From: Candidatus Heimdallarchaeota archaeon
GTDB lineage: Archaea > Asgardarchaeota > Heimdallarchaeia > JABLTI01
Direction of reading: 5' to 3'
Assembly: GCA_030614005.1 (NCBI GenBank)
Contig: JAUWKS010000010.1
Location: 36,350-68,349, forward strand
DNA length: 32,000 bases
The notes under the pieces are model-generated. The model saw only the letters and a program-made list of their open reading frames with translations, made no database searches and was not told the DNA's origin. Of the stretch, positions 10,601 to 18,239 are shown one piece after another. The stretch's first letter is position 1. Each line of letters starts with the position of its first letter. The position numbers were made by a program, and so were the translations under genes.

Positions 10601-10867
10601 TTGGATTCGATAGCGAATTGAGTCAGATACATAATTCCAGTCTAATACTGGTGTGTCATCAATTATGGTTGCTCCATTAGAAGGACTATGCAGTGTTGGT
10701 GCGTCAATTAGGGGAGAAAAGCCAGGATTGTCACCAATTGGTTCTCCAAGGGCATCAACTTGAATATTTGATGCTTGTTCAGCGTTCACAGATAAAGTGC
10801 TAGGTAATGTCATACATAAAATAAATATTATTACCATTAGTTTTGTAAAAGGTATACTCTTCCTCAA
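7610..10867 (-). CDS. Cell-surface protein: signal peptide, 5 fibronectin type III repeats, 5 Ig-like repeats, C-terminal TM+RKKR anchor
   Basis: Five P.L..P...TP.L.W...Y..QV....F...YWRV.A....WG.WS repeats; five PTI....P...V.I.C.V.D..G...V.L.YR.N.G.W...M...Y...IG.F...E.YI.A.D...TDDN.G.YYSFT repeats; TTG start with GGAGTG SD. Confidence 0.9.
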   Translation of the reverse strand: MRKSIPFTKLMVIIFILCMTLPSTLSVNAEQASNIQVDALGEPIGDNPGFSPLIDAPTLHSPSNGATIIDDTPVLDWNYVSDSIRYRIQVDNNADFSSMEFNEITDVGTGYTTYIECDHLNDDTYYWRVRSYNEWGFWSVWSSEWHFTLDSTGPNPPTLYSPSYGSTIYDSTPYLDWGPSSTAVLYKLQVADNSGFTGANTITTSNTYCYWSSALSNRNWYWRVCAQDSLGNWGSYSSYKYFRVDTTPPSLNSPYNGYLTQSSTLTLSWNAKSTASAYNVQVDDNPSFSSPYSYSLAGTSRTFTLSSDTWYWRVRAQDYRGSWGSFSSYRYFTIDNIAPGIPTLFAPTDGTMTNDQTPYLDWSTVATATQYHVQVDNNADFSSLNVNYYTSSSSYTCTTLGENTYYWRVQARDAAGNWGSWSTTWHFEIDTTPPATLTLLTPSNNSIDSDPTPYLEWSSETGAVLYQLQVDNDTDFLSTAIAIYTTDTYYTAITSLDDDVYYWRVRAKDGAENWGDWSDVWNFQVDTTAPEITDVVFDPSPTDLEEVFVYCNVTDSNGLDIVTLHYRVNSGEWTNITMIWAIDNQYEVSLGTFTYDDLVEFFISANDSCINPNIATEDNGGAYYSFTVVSSDVTGPTISAISQTPEPANDTETITISCDVYDANGIQSVTLYYRINGGSWTDVSMTFTSGSTYEATIGSFAYDDEIEYYIVAVDDSPNHNEATDDNSGIYYSFTIEASDIDGPTIENILHQPATPTELETITINCDVTDPSGVQSVTLYYRIDGGDWMSVSMTNIVDSTYNATIGLFAYEDFIEYYITAVDNYETHNIATDNNGGSYYSFTIGASDVSGPTINDIVHTPTNPTDAETVIISCAVTDLSGVQSVTLYYRVNSGSWTDASMTLTTGSTYEVSIGSFAYAADIEYYINATDSYITHNNATDDNSGNYYTFTIASSDVTAPTISDIEYNPNAPSDTDLVNITCTVSDLNGISSVVLHYRTNGGTWTTTTMLLISGDQYKTTIGTFAAADLIEFYITATDDSPNTNTATDDNGGAYYSFTVLAHSTSNTTLLALLPIVAVLALALIRKKR

Positions 10868-10908
10868 TATACAACCACTCCATTAAACTAAATTTAAGTA
10901 GAGCATCT

Positions 10909-10928
10909 TTGCATTTAAACATATGCAA
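10909..10928. promoter_or_regulatory. Palindrome straddling the probable TATA box of the FN3/Ig gene; candidate operator
   Basis: TTGCAT-N8-ATGCAA; minus-strand TTTAAAT at 10919-10913, about 46 bp upstream of the TTG start. Confidence 0.3.
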
Positions 10929-11000
10929 CTTTTACTGTAACAAAAATTGTAAAGATATTTATGAGAACAGTTGATTTCCTATATTGTCTAAAATAGGTTG

Positions 11001-11975
11001 TTAAATTCTTTGTAAATCTACTTCAAATTGAGCTAGAGCAGTTGGTAAAACTTGTTCCTTGGTAATTTCTGCAAAAGCTGTACCAATAATACCTGTCAGT
11101 AATTCCCTATCGTTTTCAGCAGTATTCATATAAAAGAATCTGCCATTGGGTATTAACTTTGCATAGTTATAGAAAGTCATTCCAGTATGATATTTATCTT
11201 TAGGACCATGAAAAATAAAAACCTCATTTTCAATTTTCGGTAAATCAGGAACGAGATTCAGTTTTCTATTATTAAGACAAGCTTTCCGCCATTTAAAGGG
11301 AACAGCTCCTCGTACAAAATCCATGTTTCTCTCTTTCTGAGATTCGTTTTTCATTTTAGACATGATTAATTTTGCGAATACGAAACGGAACGCACCAATT
11401 ACAATTGGTGGCATTATTGGTAACACCCAATTAATCCAGAATTTTTCGTAGGTCCATATACAAACAGGATCTAACACAACTGTTGTTGGAGGATTAAAAT
11501 ATTGTTTAATTAGTCCTTCTATTGTTGCTCCGCCACAGTAGCTAGACCCAACCATCACATAATCTCTCTTATCTAAACCCAGATATTTTATCGCAACACC
11601 AATATCTTGAGCAGTTTTATTAATTGAAAAATCAGCTTTTCGATGTTTTCTTATATTACTAGATGCCTTTTCTCTTGTCTCGAGATGATAATATTCAGCA
11701 AAACCATGATGTGGTTTATGAAATTTCCTCCAAGTCCAGGGAGTAGTAGCAAATCCTGGAACAAAAAGAATTGGTCTTTTGGTTTTCGTTTTTTCAAGTT
11801 TGTGATGAAAAACCTTTATTTCTCCATCTTCTACTGGTACATAAATAATTTCACATTCTCCTTCATCATAAAAATTAGGAACATCTCTTCTCCCTGCATC
11901 TAATAATTTCTTAATTTCAGCTTCTTGCTTTTGTGTTAAAACAAATTCATTCTCGTTCTCAGACATTCTTAACAT
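11001..11975 (-). CDS. Alpha/beta hydrolase fold protein with non-canonical catalytic motifs
   Basis: ILFVPGF oxyanion region, VMVGSSYCGG elbow, IFHGPKD acid motif; start may be Met4. Confidence 0.8.
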   Translation of the reverse strand: MLRMSENENEFVLTQKQEAEIKKLLDAGRRDVPNFYDEGECEIIYVPVEDGEIKVFHHKLEKTKTKRPILFVPGFATTPWTWRKFHKPHHGFAEYYHLETREKASSNIRKHRKADFSINKTAQDIGVAIKYLGLDKRDYVMVGSSYCGGATIEGLIKQYFNPPTTVVLDPVCIWTYEKFWINWVLPIMPPIVIGAFRFVFAKLIMSKMKNESQKERNMDFVRGAVPFKWRKACLNNRKLNLVPDLPKIENEVFIFHGPKDKYHTGMTFYNYAKLIPNGRFFYMNTAENDRELLTGIIGTAFAEITKEQVLPTALAQFEVDLQRI

Positions 11976-12034
11976 AGTATATTAGTGTTATAAAAAAGTA
12001 ACTTTTATCTTATCTTTTAAATGAAATGAAAAAA

Positions 12035-12420
12035 TCAACAACTAGATGTAACACTTCCTTCTGTAGATATTGTTTCAGCTTGAGTCCAAGTACCATTTAA
12101 AAAACGCTGTGAAAATAATATATCTTCATCTCCACATTTCCAAGATAATTAGTTGAATCTTGCCAAACAAAATGAACATTATCTAAATGGTCAATAGCAA
12201 CTCTTGGTCTTAAAGATCTTAAATTACTCTCATTAGATAATACTTGAGCCGTTGCCCATGGATATTGCTCTTCAACACCCTCATTTTGAAATAGAGAAGT
12301 AGTATTTTGTTTATAGGACTCAGAGGAGTTACTAAGTAAAGAAGAAATCACTAGCAAGAAAGTAAAAAGTAGTAAACTTATTTTTCTTATTCTATTTTGG
12401 CAGTGCATATAGTAACCCAC
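12035..12420 (-). pseudogene. Frameshifted, truncated remnant of a secreted beta-propeller (sialidase/BNR-like repeat) surface protein
   Basis: Signal peptide and one repeat S.RP.VAID..DNVHFVWQD.TNYLG; after a frameshift near 12135 another frame continues GDEDILFSQRFLNGTWTQAETISTEGSVTSSC* to TGA at 12037-12035. Confidence 0.7.
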
Positions 12421-12569
12421 TTATTTTTTAAAATTAATATTTCAGTTTATTATTTGAATGTAAGATTAACTCTAAATGTAATATTAAGAGAAAGATTTTT
12501 ATCGAACTGTTTTTTCTAACATATCGTTCAAGCTCTAAATAACTTACTCGAAAAGTTGGATGAATAAAA

Positions 12570-13124
12570 ATGACTAAAAAAACGCTCAAAGTTAGTACTT
12601 TAATTATTGCTATTTCAATAGGGGTAATTGTTATTACAGGAACTAGCATTGGTATATGGTTAGGTATTAGAAATTCGATTAAAGATACAGAACATCCAGA
12701 CCAAGATTGGTCCTTTAAAATAAGTGGGAACATTGTTGGTGATGATTTCAATATTACTATCAAAGAGTTACTCAATATGCCTCAACATGAAGAAGAATAT
12801 ACAATTAAAGCATCACCGCCATATTTTGTAGGCATTTTTAAAGGAGTGGAAATTTCACACTTGTTCAACAATATAATTGAAATTGATCCAACTGCAACAG
12901 AGGTTACTTTTATTGCTTGGGACGGTTACTCACTGTTATTCTCAATTTCTGTTATTAGTAGTAATGATTCAAATATTCTAGCACATTCTCTAGATGGTGA
13001 ATATTATGAAAGCTATCCTAATGACGGGCATGGATATTTACGTTTAATCATACCTTCAAGTGGTCCAGATGATTTCAATGGTCAATATTGCATCAAAAGT
13101 GTAGTTGAAATATTATTTTCATAA
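12570..13124 (+). CDS. Membrane-anchored molybdopterin-dependent oxidoreductase (Oxidored_molyb)-fold protein lacking the metal-ligand Cys
   Basis: N-terminal TM; WSFKISG, FKGVEISHL, VTFIAWDGY, ILAHSLDGE, GYLRLIIP, CIKSVVEI. Confidence 0.75.
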   Translation: MTKKTLKVSTLIIAISIGVIVITGTSIGIWLGIRNSIKDTEHPDQDWSFKISGNIVGDDFNITIKELLNMPQHEEEYTIKASPPYFVGIFKGVEISHLFNNIIEIDPTATEVTFIAWDGYSLLFSISVISSNDSNILAHSLDGEYYESYPNDGHGYLRLIIPSSGPDDFNGQYCIKSVVEILFS

Positions 13125-13265
13125 TAGAGATTAGATTCACTTTCATAATCTCTTTTTTTTCTTCTATTTTCTTAACCAGAATATTCTTCTTCTTCTTAAA
13201 CTATATGTTGACCGACATGTTTATATGAACATATCGATAATATATTCACAAAATATTTTGAGGTT

Positions 13266-14405
13266 TTGATGATGAAGAAGAATAAAATTACTACAGTGTT
13301 AGCTTTATTGTCTTTAATGGTATTATCAACATTCTTTGTTGGGAATGTTAATACAGATGCAATACCAGTGAATACAAATGATGATTTCACCTATGACTCT
13401 GAAGCAATTATTTTAGACTATGAAGTTCCAGAATTACCTGATGAAGAAGTTCCAGAATGGGAAATTAATATCACAGGTATTGGAATTACTGAACTTATTA
13501 CGCTAAATCTCAGTTATTTAATTGATCAGATCAACACTAGCAATCTCAATGCATATGAAGAAACAGTAGATTACAAAGGCAGTAATCAAACTATAATCGG
13601 TTTTGATATTTTACAAGTTGTTCAAGATTACGCAGATGTTTGGTATGCTGGTGAATTCGAATTTATTGCTGAAGATGGATATTCCAAATCCTTAAACGCT
13701 ACAGATATTCTCTATAGTTATTATCCTCCAGCACTAGAAAATGCTGATATTAAAATTCTTTTAGCATTTGCTGTCAATGGATCCTATTTACCGAATAGTG
13801 ATTGGGCTCATAAAGGTGCTTTGAGGTTAGTTTGTCCGAGTAATCAAAAAAATGAATATCCAACTAGTTATTGGGTTGGAAATGTAACTGATATTTCAAT
13901 TACTGATAAATGGAAATGCAATGTTTTCGTTAATGGTGAATTGGAAACTTCAATACCAGTTGGTTTTCCAAGTGAATTTCCAGACTATGAGTATCTTTCA
14001 TATGATTTAACCTATCATTCTGAAAACATTAAATTCGAAGGACCAAGTATTCTAAGCATTTTCGAACACATTGGCGTAGACTTTGAAAATATTACTTTAT
14101 TCCAAGCAGAAGCACCAGATTTCCTTTCTACAATCGATAAAACAGAATTAACTGGAGAGAAACCAGCTATACTTGCATTAGCAGCAAATGATGAGTACTT
14201 TGGTTTTACTAAAGGTCCTATTCGATTAGTTGGTGGTAATCTTAACAGCTGGAGTTGGTTGAAGAATTGTTTTGCTATTCATATAACGGTAAGCACTGAA
14301 TCAACTACACCAACAAGCTCAACACCAGGATTTAGTTCTTGTCTAGTAATTTTGTCTCTATTAGCAATACCAATTACATACAACATTTCAAAGAAACGTA
14401 AATAG
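13266..14405 (+). CDS. Secreted protein with two tandem Oxidored_molyb-like domains and a PGF-CTERM-like anchor
   Basis: Signal peptide; domain 1 WEINITG...FIAEDGY...LLAFAVNG...GALRLV...WVGNVTDI; domain 2 WKCNV...FEGPSI...ILALAAND...GPIRLV...WLKNC; tail TPGF+TM+KKRK. Confidence 0.7.
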   Translation: MMMKKNKITTVLALLSLMVLSTFFVGNVNTDAIPVNTNDDFTYDSEAIILDYEVPELPDEEVPEWEINITGIGITELITLNLSYLIDQINTSNLNAYEETVDYKGSNQTIIGFDILQVVQDYADVWYAGEFEFIAEDGYSKSLNATDILYSYYPPALENADIKILLAFAVNGSYLPNSDWAHKGALRLVCPSNQKNEYPTSYWVGNVTDISITDKWKCNVFVNGELETSIPVGFPSEFPDYEYLSYDLTYHSENIKFEGPSILSIFEHIGVDFENITLFQAEAPDFLSTIDKTELTGEKPAILALAANDEYFGFTKGPIRLVGGNLNSWSWLKNCFAIHITVSTESTTPTSSTPGFSSCLVILSLLAIPITYNISKKRK

Positions 14406-14465
14406 AATATCGAGAGGATAAAATATTACATTTTATCCATCTTTACTCTTTTTTAAAATTTTATT

Positions 14466-15635
14466 TCATTTTCTAGCGAAGATAAGTGGAATTAGCATAT
14501 CTTCCCATTGGCTCCCACCATGAGTTCCTAAACGATAATCCTCTGCGGATTCACTTAGGTGCATGCCATGATCAGCAGAGATGATAATTAGAGTTTCATT
14601 ATCAACGTAATCCATTATTTCAGCAAGATAATCAAAAACTTGTTCGATTTTTGATAACCACTCAAATGAATAAGGTCCATATGAATGTCCAACATCATCT
14701 ATCCCATGAAAATGAGTAAATAGTAAATCAGCTCTACTGCTATTTAGTGATTGAATAGTTTTTTGAAAGATTTCATCATCATTGGAACCACTTTGATTTA
14801 TATCTGGTAACCATGATTCATAATCAGCATCGATAGCAAGAAATCCTGCAGACCCTTCTATTATTTCAGTAGTTAGATTATTCGCTCCTGCAACTTCAAA
14901 AATTGTATCAACATCCAAAATGTGGTTTTGACGAGTTGTAATACCTGTTGAAGCAGGCCAAAAACCAGAGAGCATCGATGCAGTAGCAACATTAGTTATA
15001 GATGGATAGGCTGTTAAAGCAGGTTGAGCAAATAGAATATTTAAATTCAGTTCGATTATTCCTAGGGATGTTAAATTCTCCCAGAAACGCCATCCAAAAC
15101 CATCTAGATGAATAAGCAATGTTTTGCTAAATCCAGAACTGTTAGAAAAACTAATTGGATTTCCTTCAGTTGACCAATTAGTAAACCCTAATAACTGATA
15201 CATTGTAGGTGCTATATCTACAATTGAATATTCAAAATCGATAGCAATACCTTGAACTGAATCAATTTCACAACTTTCAAAAGTGAGAAGAAATCCACTT
15301 TCGCCTAATTTAAGACTAACATCCACTAAATCATTTTTATAAAATATTTCAGAACCATCAATCGTCGATATGATAGTTATATGATCAAAATCGGTGATTT
15401 CATATATTTCAAGAAAGGATAATAAAGAAATTTCTAGACTTCTGTCAGTTAAATTAGTAAAATCAGTTACATTTACTAAAGCTAGATTTTCGTTTTCACT
15501 AATAACATACAATCTACTATCTAATGGGATATCAATTCTTGTTAATGTTGGAAGAAGTATTCCCAATGTTATACTTGTCATAATAACTAATACAACTATC
15601 AATGAGAACAATGCTTTTCTTTGATCTTTTATCAT
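14466..15635 (-). CDS. Membrane-anchored alkaline phosphatase superfamily enzyme (nucleotide pyrophosphatase/phosphodiesterase-like)
   Basis: LIHLDGFG, PSITNVATASMLSG (catalytic Thr), HFHGIDDVGH, SADHG, THG metal motifs; likely start ATG 15635 (MIKDQRK) directly before the TM helix rather than 15698. Confidence 0.85.
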   Translation of the reverse strand: MIKDQRKALFSLIVVLVIMTSITLGILLPTLTRIDIPLDSRLYVISENENLALVNVTDFTNLTDRSLEISLLSFLEIYEITDFDHITIISTIDGSEIFYKNDLVDVSLKLGESGFLLTFESCEIDSVQGIAIDFEYSIVDIAPTMYQLLGFTNWSTEGNPISFSNSSGFSKTLLIHLDGFGWRFWENLTSLGIIELNLNILFAQPALTAYPSITNVATASMLSGFWPASTGITTRQNHILDVDTIFEVAGANNLTTEIIEGSAGFLAIDADYESWLPDINQSGSNDDEIFQKTIQSLNSSRADLLFTHFHGIDDVGHSYGPYSFEWLSKIEQVFDYLAEIMDYVDNETLIIISADHGMHLSESAEDYRLGTHGGSQWEDMLIPLIFARK

Positions 15636-15679
15636 ACAGAAAAATAAATCGACTTGTATTAATAAACATAACGCTAATC

Positions 15680-15829
15680 TATGAAAGAATTTTTCCAATT
15701 GATAAAGTTGAAAATGAATTATGTAAACACTTTGAGATTATTGAAAAAGAGCTCCTTGAAGAAGATAAACGTATACGTTTCATTTGTAGGAAAAAACCTC
15801 ACATATCCCTATCCATACGAAAATATTAG
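15680..15829 (+). pseudogene. Possible orphan C-terminal fragment of a class I SAM methyltransferase
   Basis: YERIFPIDKVENELCKHFEIIEKELLEEDKRIRFICRKK resembles the last helix/strands of such enzymes; no credible 5' part. Recognition by eye only. Confidence 0.3.
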
Positions 15830-15871
15830 AAATAGTAAAAGCACTACTAGAATTGAAGGTTGATATTAAAA

Positions 15872-17239
15872 ATGGCAGATAAAAAAACAAAAAAAGAAAT
15901 TATTAAGAAAGCACTCCATCTTATTGATAATTGGTTTGATTTTCAAACATATATCAAAGAATTACCTAGTGTTGCTGTAGGAATTTTTGTTGAGGATGAA
16001 ATCATTTTCAAAAAAGAATATGGTTATGCAGATTTAGAGAATAAATCGAAACTAACAGATCAACATTTATTCAGAATTGCTTCACATTCAAAATTATTCA
16101 CAGCAACTGCGATAATGAAATTATATCATGAAGAAAAATTATCCATTGATGATAAAATATCAAAACACCTCCCCTGGTTTTCTTCGGAGAAAGACGAGAA
16201 CCTCCAACACATTCGAATCCGACATCTGCTAACACACTCAAGTGGTATGTCTCGAGATGGTAAAACCGCACATTGGACTACCTATGAATTTCCAGAATTG
16301 GAGCAGATTAAAAATCAAGTGACAGAAGGAATAAGCTTTTTTGAAGCAAATGAGATACTAAAGTATTCAAATTTTGGTTACACACTTTTAGGACAGATAA
16401 TTGAAACTGTTTCCGGAGAAACGTATTTTGATTATATTCAAAAAGAAATACTTGATCCTTTGGAAATGAATAATACTGTTACAGATGTAAACGAATCAAA
16501 TATTACTAGGCATGCAACTGGTTATAGAATTAAATATCCGAAAAAAGAACGAGGAACATTCGAGCATGTTCCAGCAAAGATTATGCATGCAGCAACAGGG
16601 TTGAGTAGCACTACTGAAGATCTAATTAAATTCTATCAAGCCCATTTTCTTGGAAATGAAATTCTCTTTCCAGATTATATTAAACGTGAAATGCAAAGAA
16701 TACAATTTAAAGCAAAATTGGCAGATTGGGGTTTAGGGTTCAGCATTACAACTTTACCGGATGGAGTAATTTATGGACATGGTGGAGGGTATCCTGGATT
16801 TATCACAAAATCAGGTTTTATCCAAGACAAGAAGATCATTGTTGTTGTATTAACAAGCGCTGTGGATGGGCCAGCAACAAATCTATTTTTAGGATTAAAT
16901 AAATTGATGTTTTACCTATCGAAAAAAGAAGAGAAATTTTCCTCAGAAAAGGAAGAACTTGACTTGAAAGATATAATCGGATTCTATGAATCAGATTGGG
17001 GAATATCATTATTTAGTCAAATAGGTTCCAAACTGGTTTTAATTGTACCCGGATTTGATAATCCTGCAGATGTAATACAAACCTATGAACATATCGAAGG
17101 TTATCGATTCAAAGCACCAAAAGATAAATCATTTTCCTCTCCAGGACAAGAAATCGAATTTATCGATGGACCTGATGGTGAAAAAAATTTCATTGATAGC
17201 CATGGTGGAGAAAATAGAAGGTTTAAATTCAGTTATTAA
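15872..17239 (+). CDS. Serine hydrolase, beta-lactamase/penicillin-binding-like family, no signal peptide
   Basis: FRIASHSK (SxxK), LLTHSSG, YSNFGY (YxN), AATGLSST..DL, GHGGG; ATG 15872 with AGGTTGA SD. Confidence 0.9.
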   Translation: MADKKTKKEIIKKALHLIDNWFDFQTYIKELPSVAVGIFVEDEIIFKKEYGYADLENKSKLTDQHLFRIASHSKLFTATAIMKLYHEEKLSIDDKISKHLPWFSSEKDENLQHIRIRHLLTHSSGMSRDGKTAHWTTYEFPELEQIKNQVTEGISFFEANEILKYSNFGYTLLGQIIETVSGETYFDYIQKEILDPLEMNNTVTDVNESNITRHATGYRIKYPKKERGTFEHVPAKIMHAATGLSSTTEDLIKFYQAHFLGNEILFPDYIKREMQRIQFKAKLADWGLGFSITTLPDGVIYGHGGGYPGFITKSGFIQDKKIIVVVLTSAVDGPATNLFLGLNKLMFYLSKKEEKFSSEKEELDLKDIIGFYESDWGISLFSQIGSKLVLIVPGFDNPADVIQTYEHIEGYRFKAPKDKSFSSPGQEIEFIDGPDGEKNFIDSHGGENRRFKFSY

Positions 17240-17356
17240 GAATTGAAAATGACTGAATTCATCTATTTTTTTCTTCATATGTTCAACATTGGCATCAATA
17301 TAATCCTTTATATTAATAATTACTAGAATAATTGATGAAAAGCTTCTTTTTAAAAT

Positions 17357-17812
17357 ATGATGTGTCCTAAAATGTCTAATAACAAGTACTGTCCTGATTG
17401 TGGCAAATTACAAAAAGAAGGAGATGTTTTTTGTATGGATTGTGGTACAAAAATCGATTCTTCAATAAATTCTACAAATAATGAATCAATTGATTCACAA
17501 CAACCAGATAATTCTATTGAATACGGAAAAACTGCTCAAACGCAAACAACATATATTGAACAATCAGGCTCAACTGAAAAGGAAAAGAATAACTTTGTTG
17601 GTATTGCATCAATTATTATTAGTGTTTTAGGAATAGGATTCATCATTCTTAATAACACCATTCTTGAATGGGTTGCTTTAGGTTTAGGAATCCTTGGAGT
17701 CATTATAGGAATATTAGCCTATTTTCAACCACATAAAAAAGCATTAGGATTTGTTGGTATACTTTTAGGACTAGTTGCAATAGCTGTTTGGATAACAACA
17801 AATTTCGGTTGA
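17357..17812 (+). CDS. Zinc-ribbon domain membrane protein (3 TM)
   Basis: CPDC...CMDC at the N-terminus, polar linker, three hydrophobic helices; start may be 17372. Confidence 0.8.
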   Translation: MMCPKMSNNKYCPDCGKLQKEGDVFCMDCGTKIDSSINSTNNESIDSQQPDNSIEYGKTAQTQTTYIEQSGSTEKEKNNFVGIASIIISVLGIGFIILNNTILEWVALGLGILGVIIGILAYFQPHKKALGFVGILLGLVAIAVWITTNFG

Positions 17813-18011
17813 ATACTATGTTTTTGCTACCGATGATTCACCAAACCAGAATGTTGCTACAGACGACAACGGAGGGGCCTATTATAGCTTTACAGCTTTT
17901 ACCCCTGCACCAACGATAACAACAACACCAACCAGTCAAACATCAATAATATTACTAATACCATTTATTGGAGCATTATTGGCAACAATAATTGTAAGAA
18001 AGAAACAGTAA
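17808..18011 (+). pseudogene. Start-less C-terminal remnant of an Ig-repeat surface protein with sorting tail
   Basis: VEYYVFATDDSPNQNVATDDNGGAYYSFTAFTPAPTITTTPTSQTSIILLIPFIGALLATIIVRKKQ*; matches the last repeat and tail of 7610..10867; in-frame TAA at 17793-17795, no start codon. Confidence 0.85.
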
Positions 18012-18239
18012 TTTCTTTCTTATTCTATTTTTCTTTATTCAATATTTCATCTCTAAAATTTTCAACTAGTTTCTCTATTCCTTTTATTAATGGTGCAATA
18101 GCTGTATCAAATCAAAATCTAATGGAGTTTCTTATATTAAAAATCTAATAACTTTAGAATTTGCTTCTTTTTAAATAAGTTTGAGAAAAGGGAATTTTTG
18201 ATAATTTATGAATAAAAAAAAGAGAGAGAAAAGGAAAAA

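Noticed and set aside
7610-10867. DNA-level repeats suggestive of an array or mobile element
   Set aside because: Fully explained by tandem protein domains; no transposase, integrase or terminal repeats anywhere in the window.
12434-12775. 113-aa minus-strand ORF and the other short antisense ORFs (2802, 5046, 5519, 5872, 10308, 11643, 13196, 15394, 18208, 19677, 20191, 20939, 22817, 23772, 28496, 28901, 30553, 31442)
   Set aside because: Overlap well-supported genes on the opposite strand, with no SD or recognisable motifs.
15872-17239. Antibiotic-resistance beta-lactamase
   Set aside because: Family includes many esterases and peptidases; no signal peptide; activity cannot be inferred.
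18086-18095. ATTAATGGTG recurring at 18086 and 20746 (similar at 2560)
   Set aside because: The 20746 copy is coding (INGV); short AT-rich matches are expected by chance; no peptide ORF at 18086.
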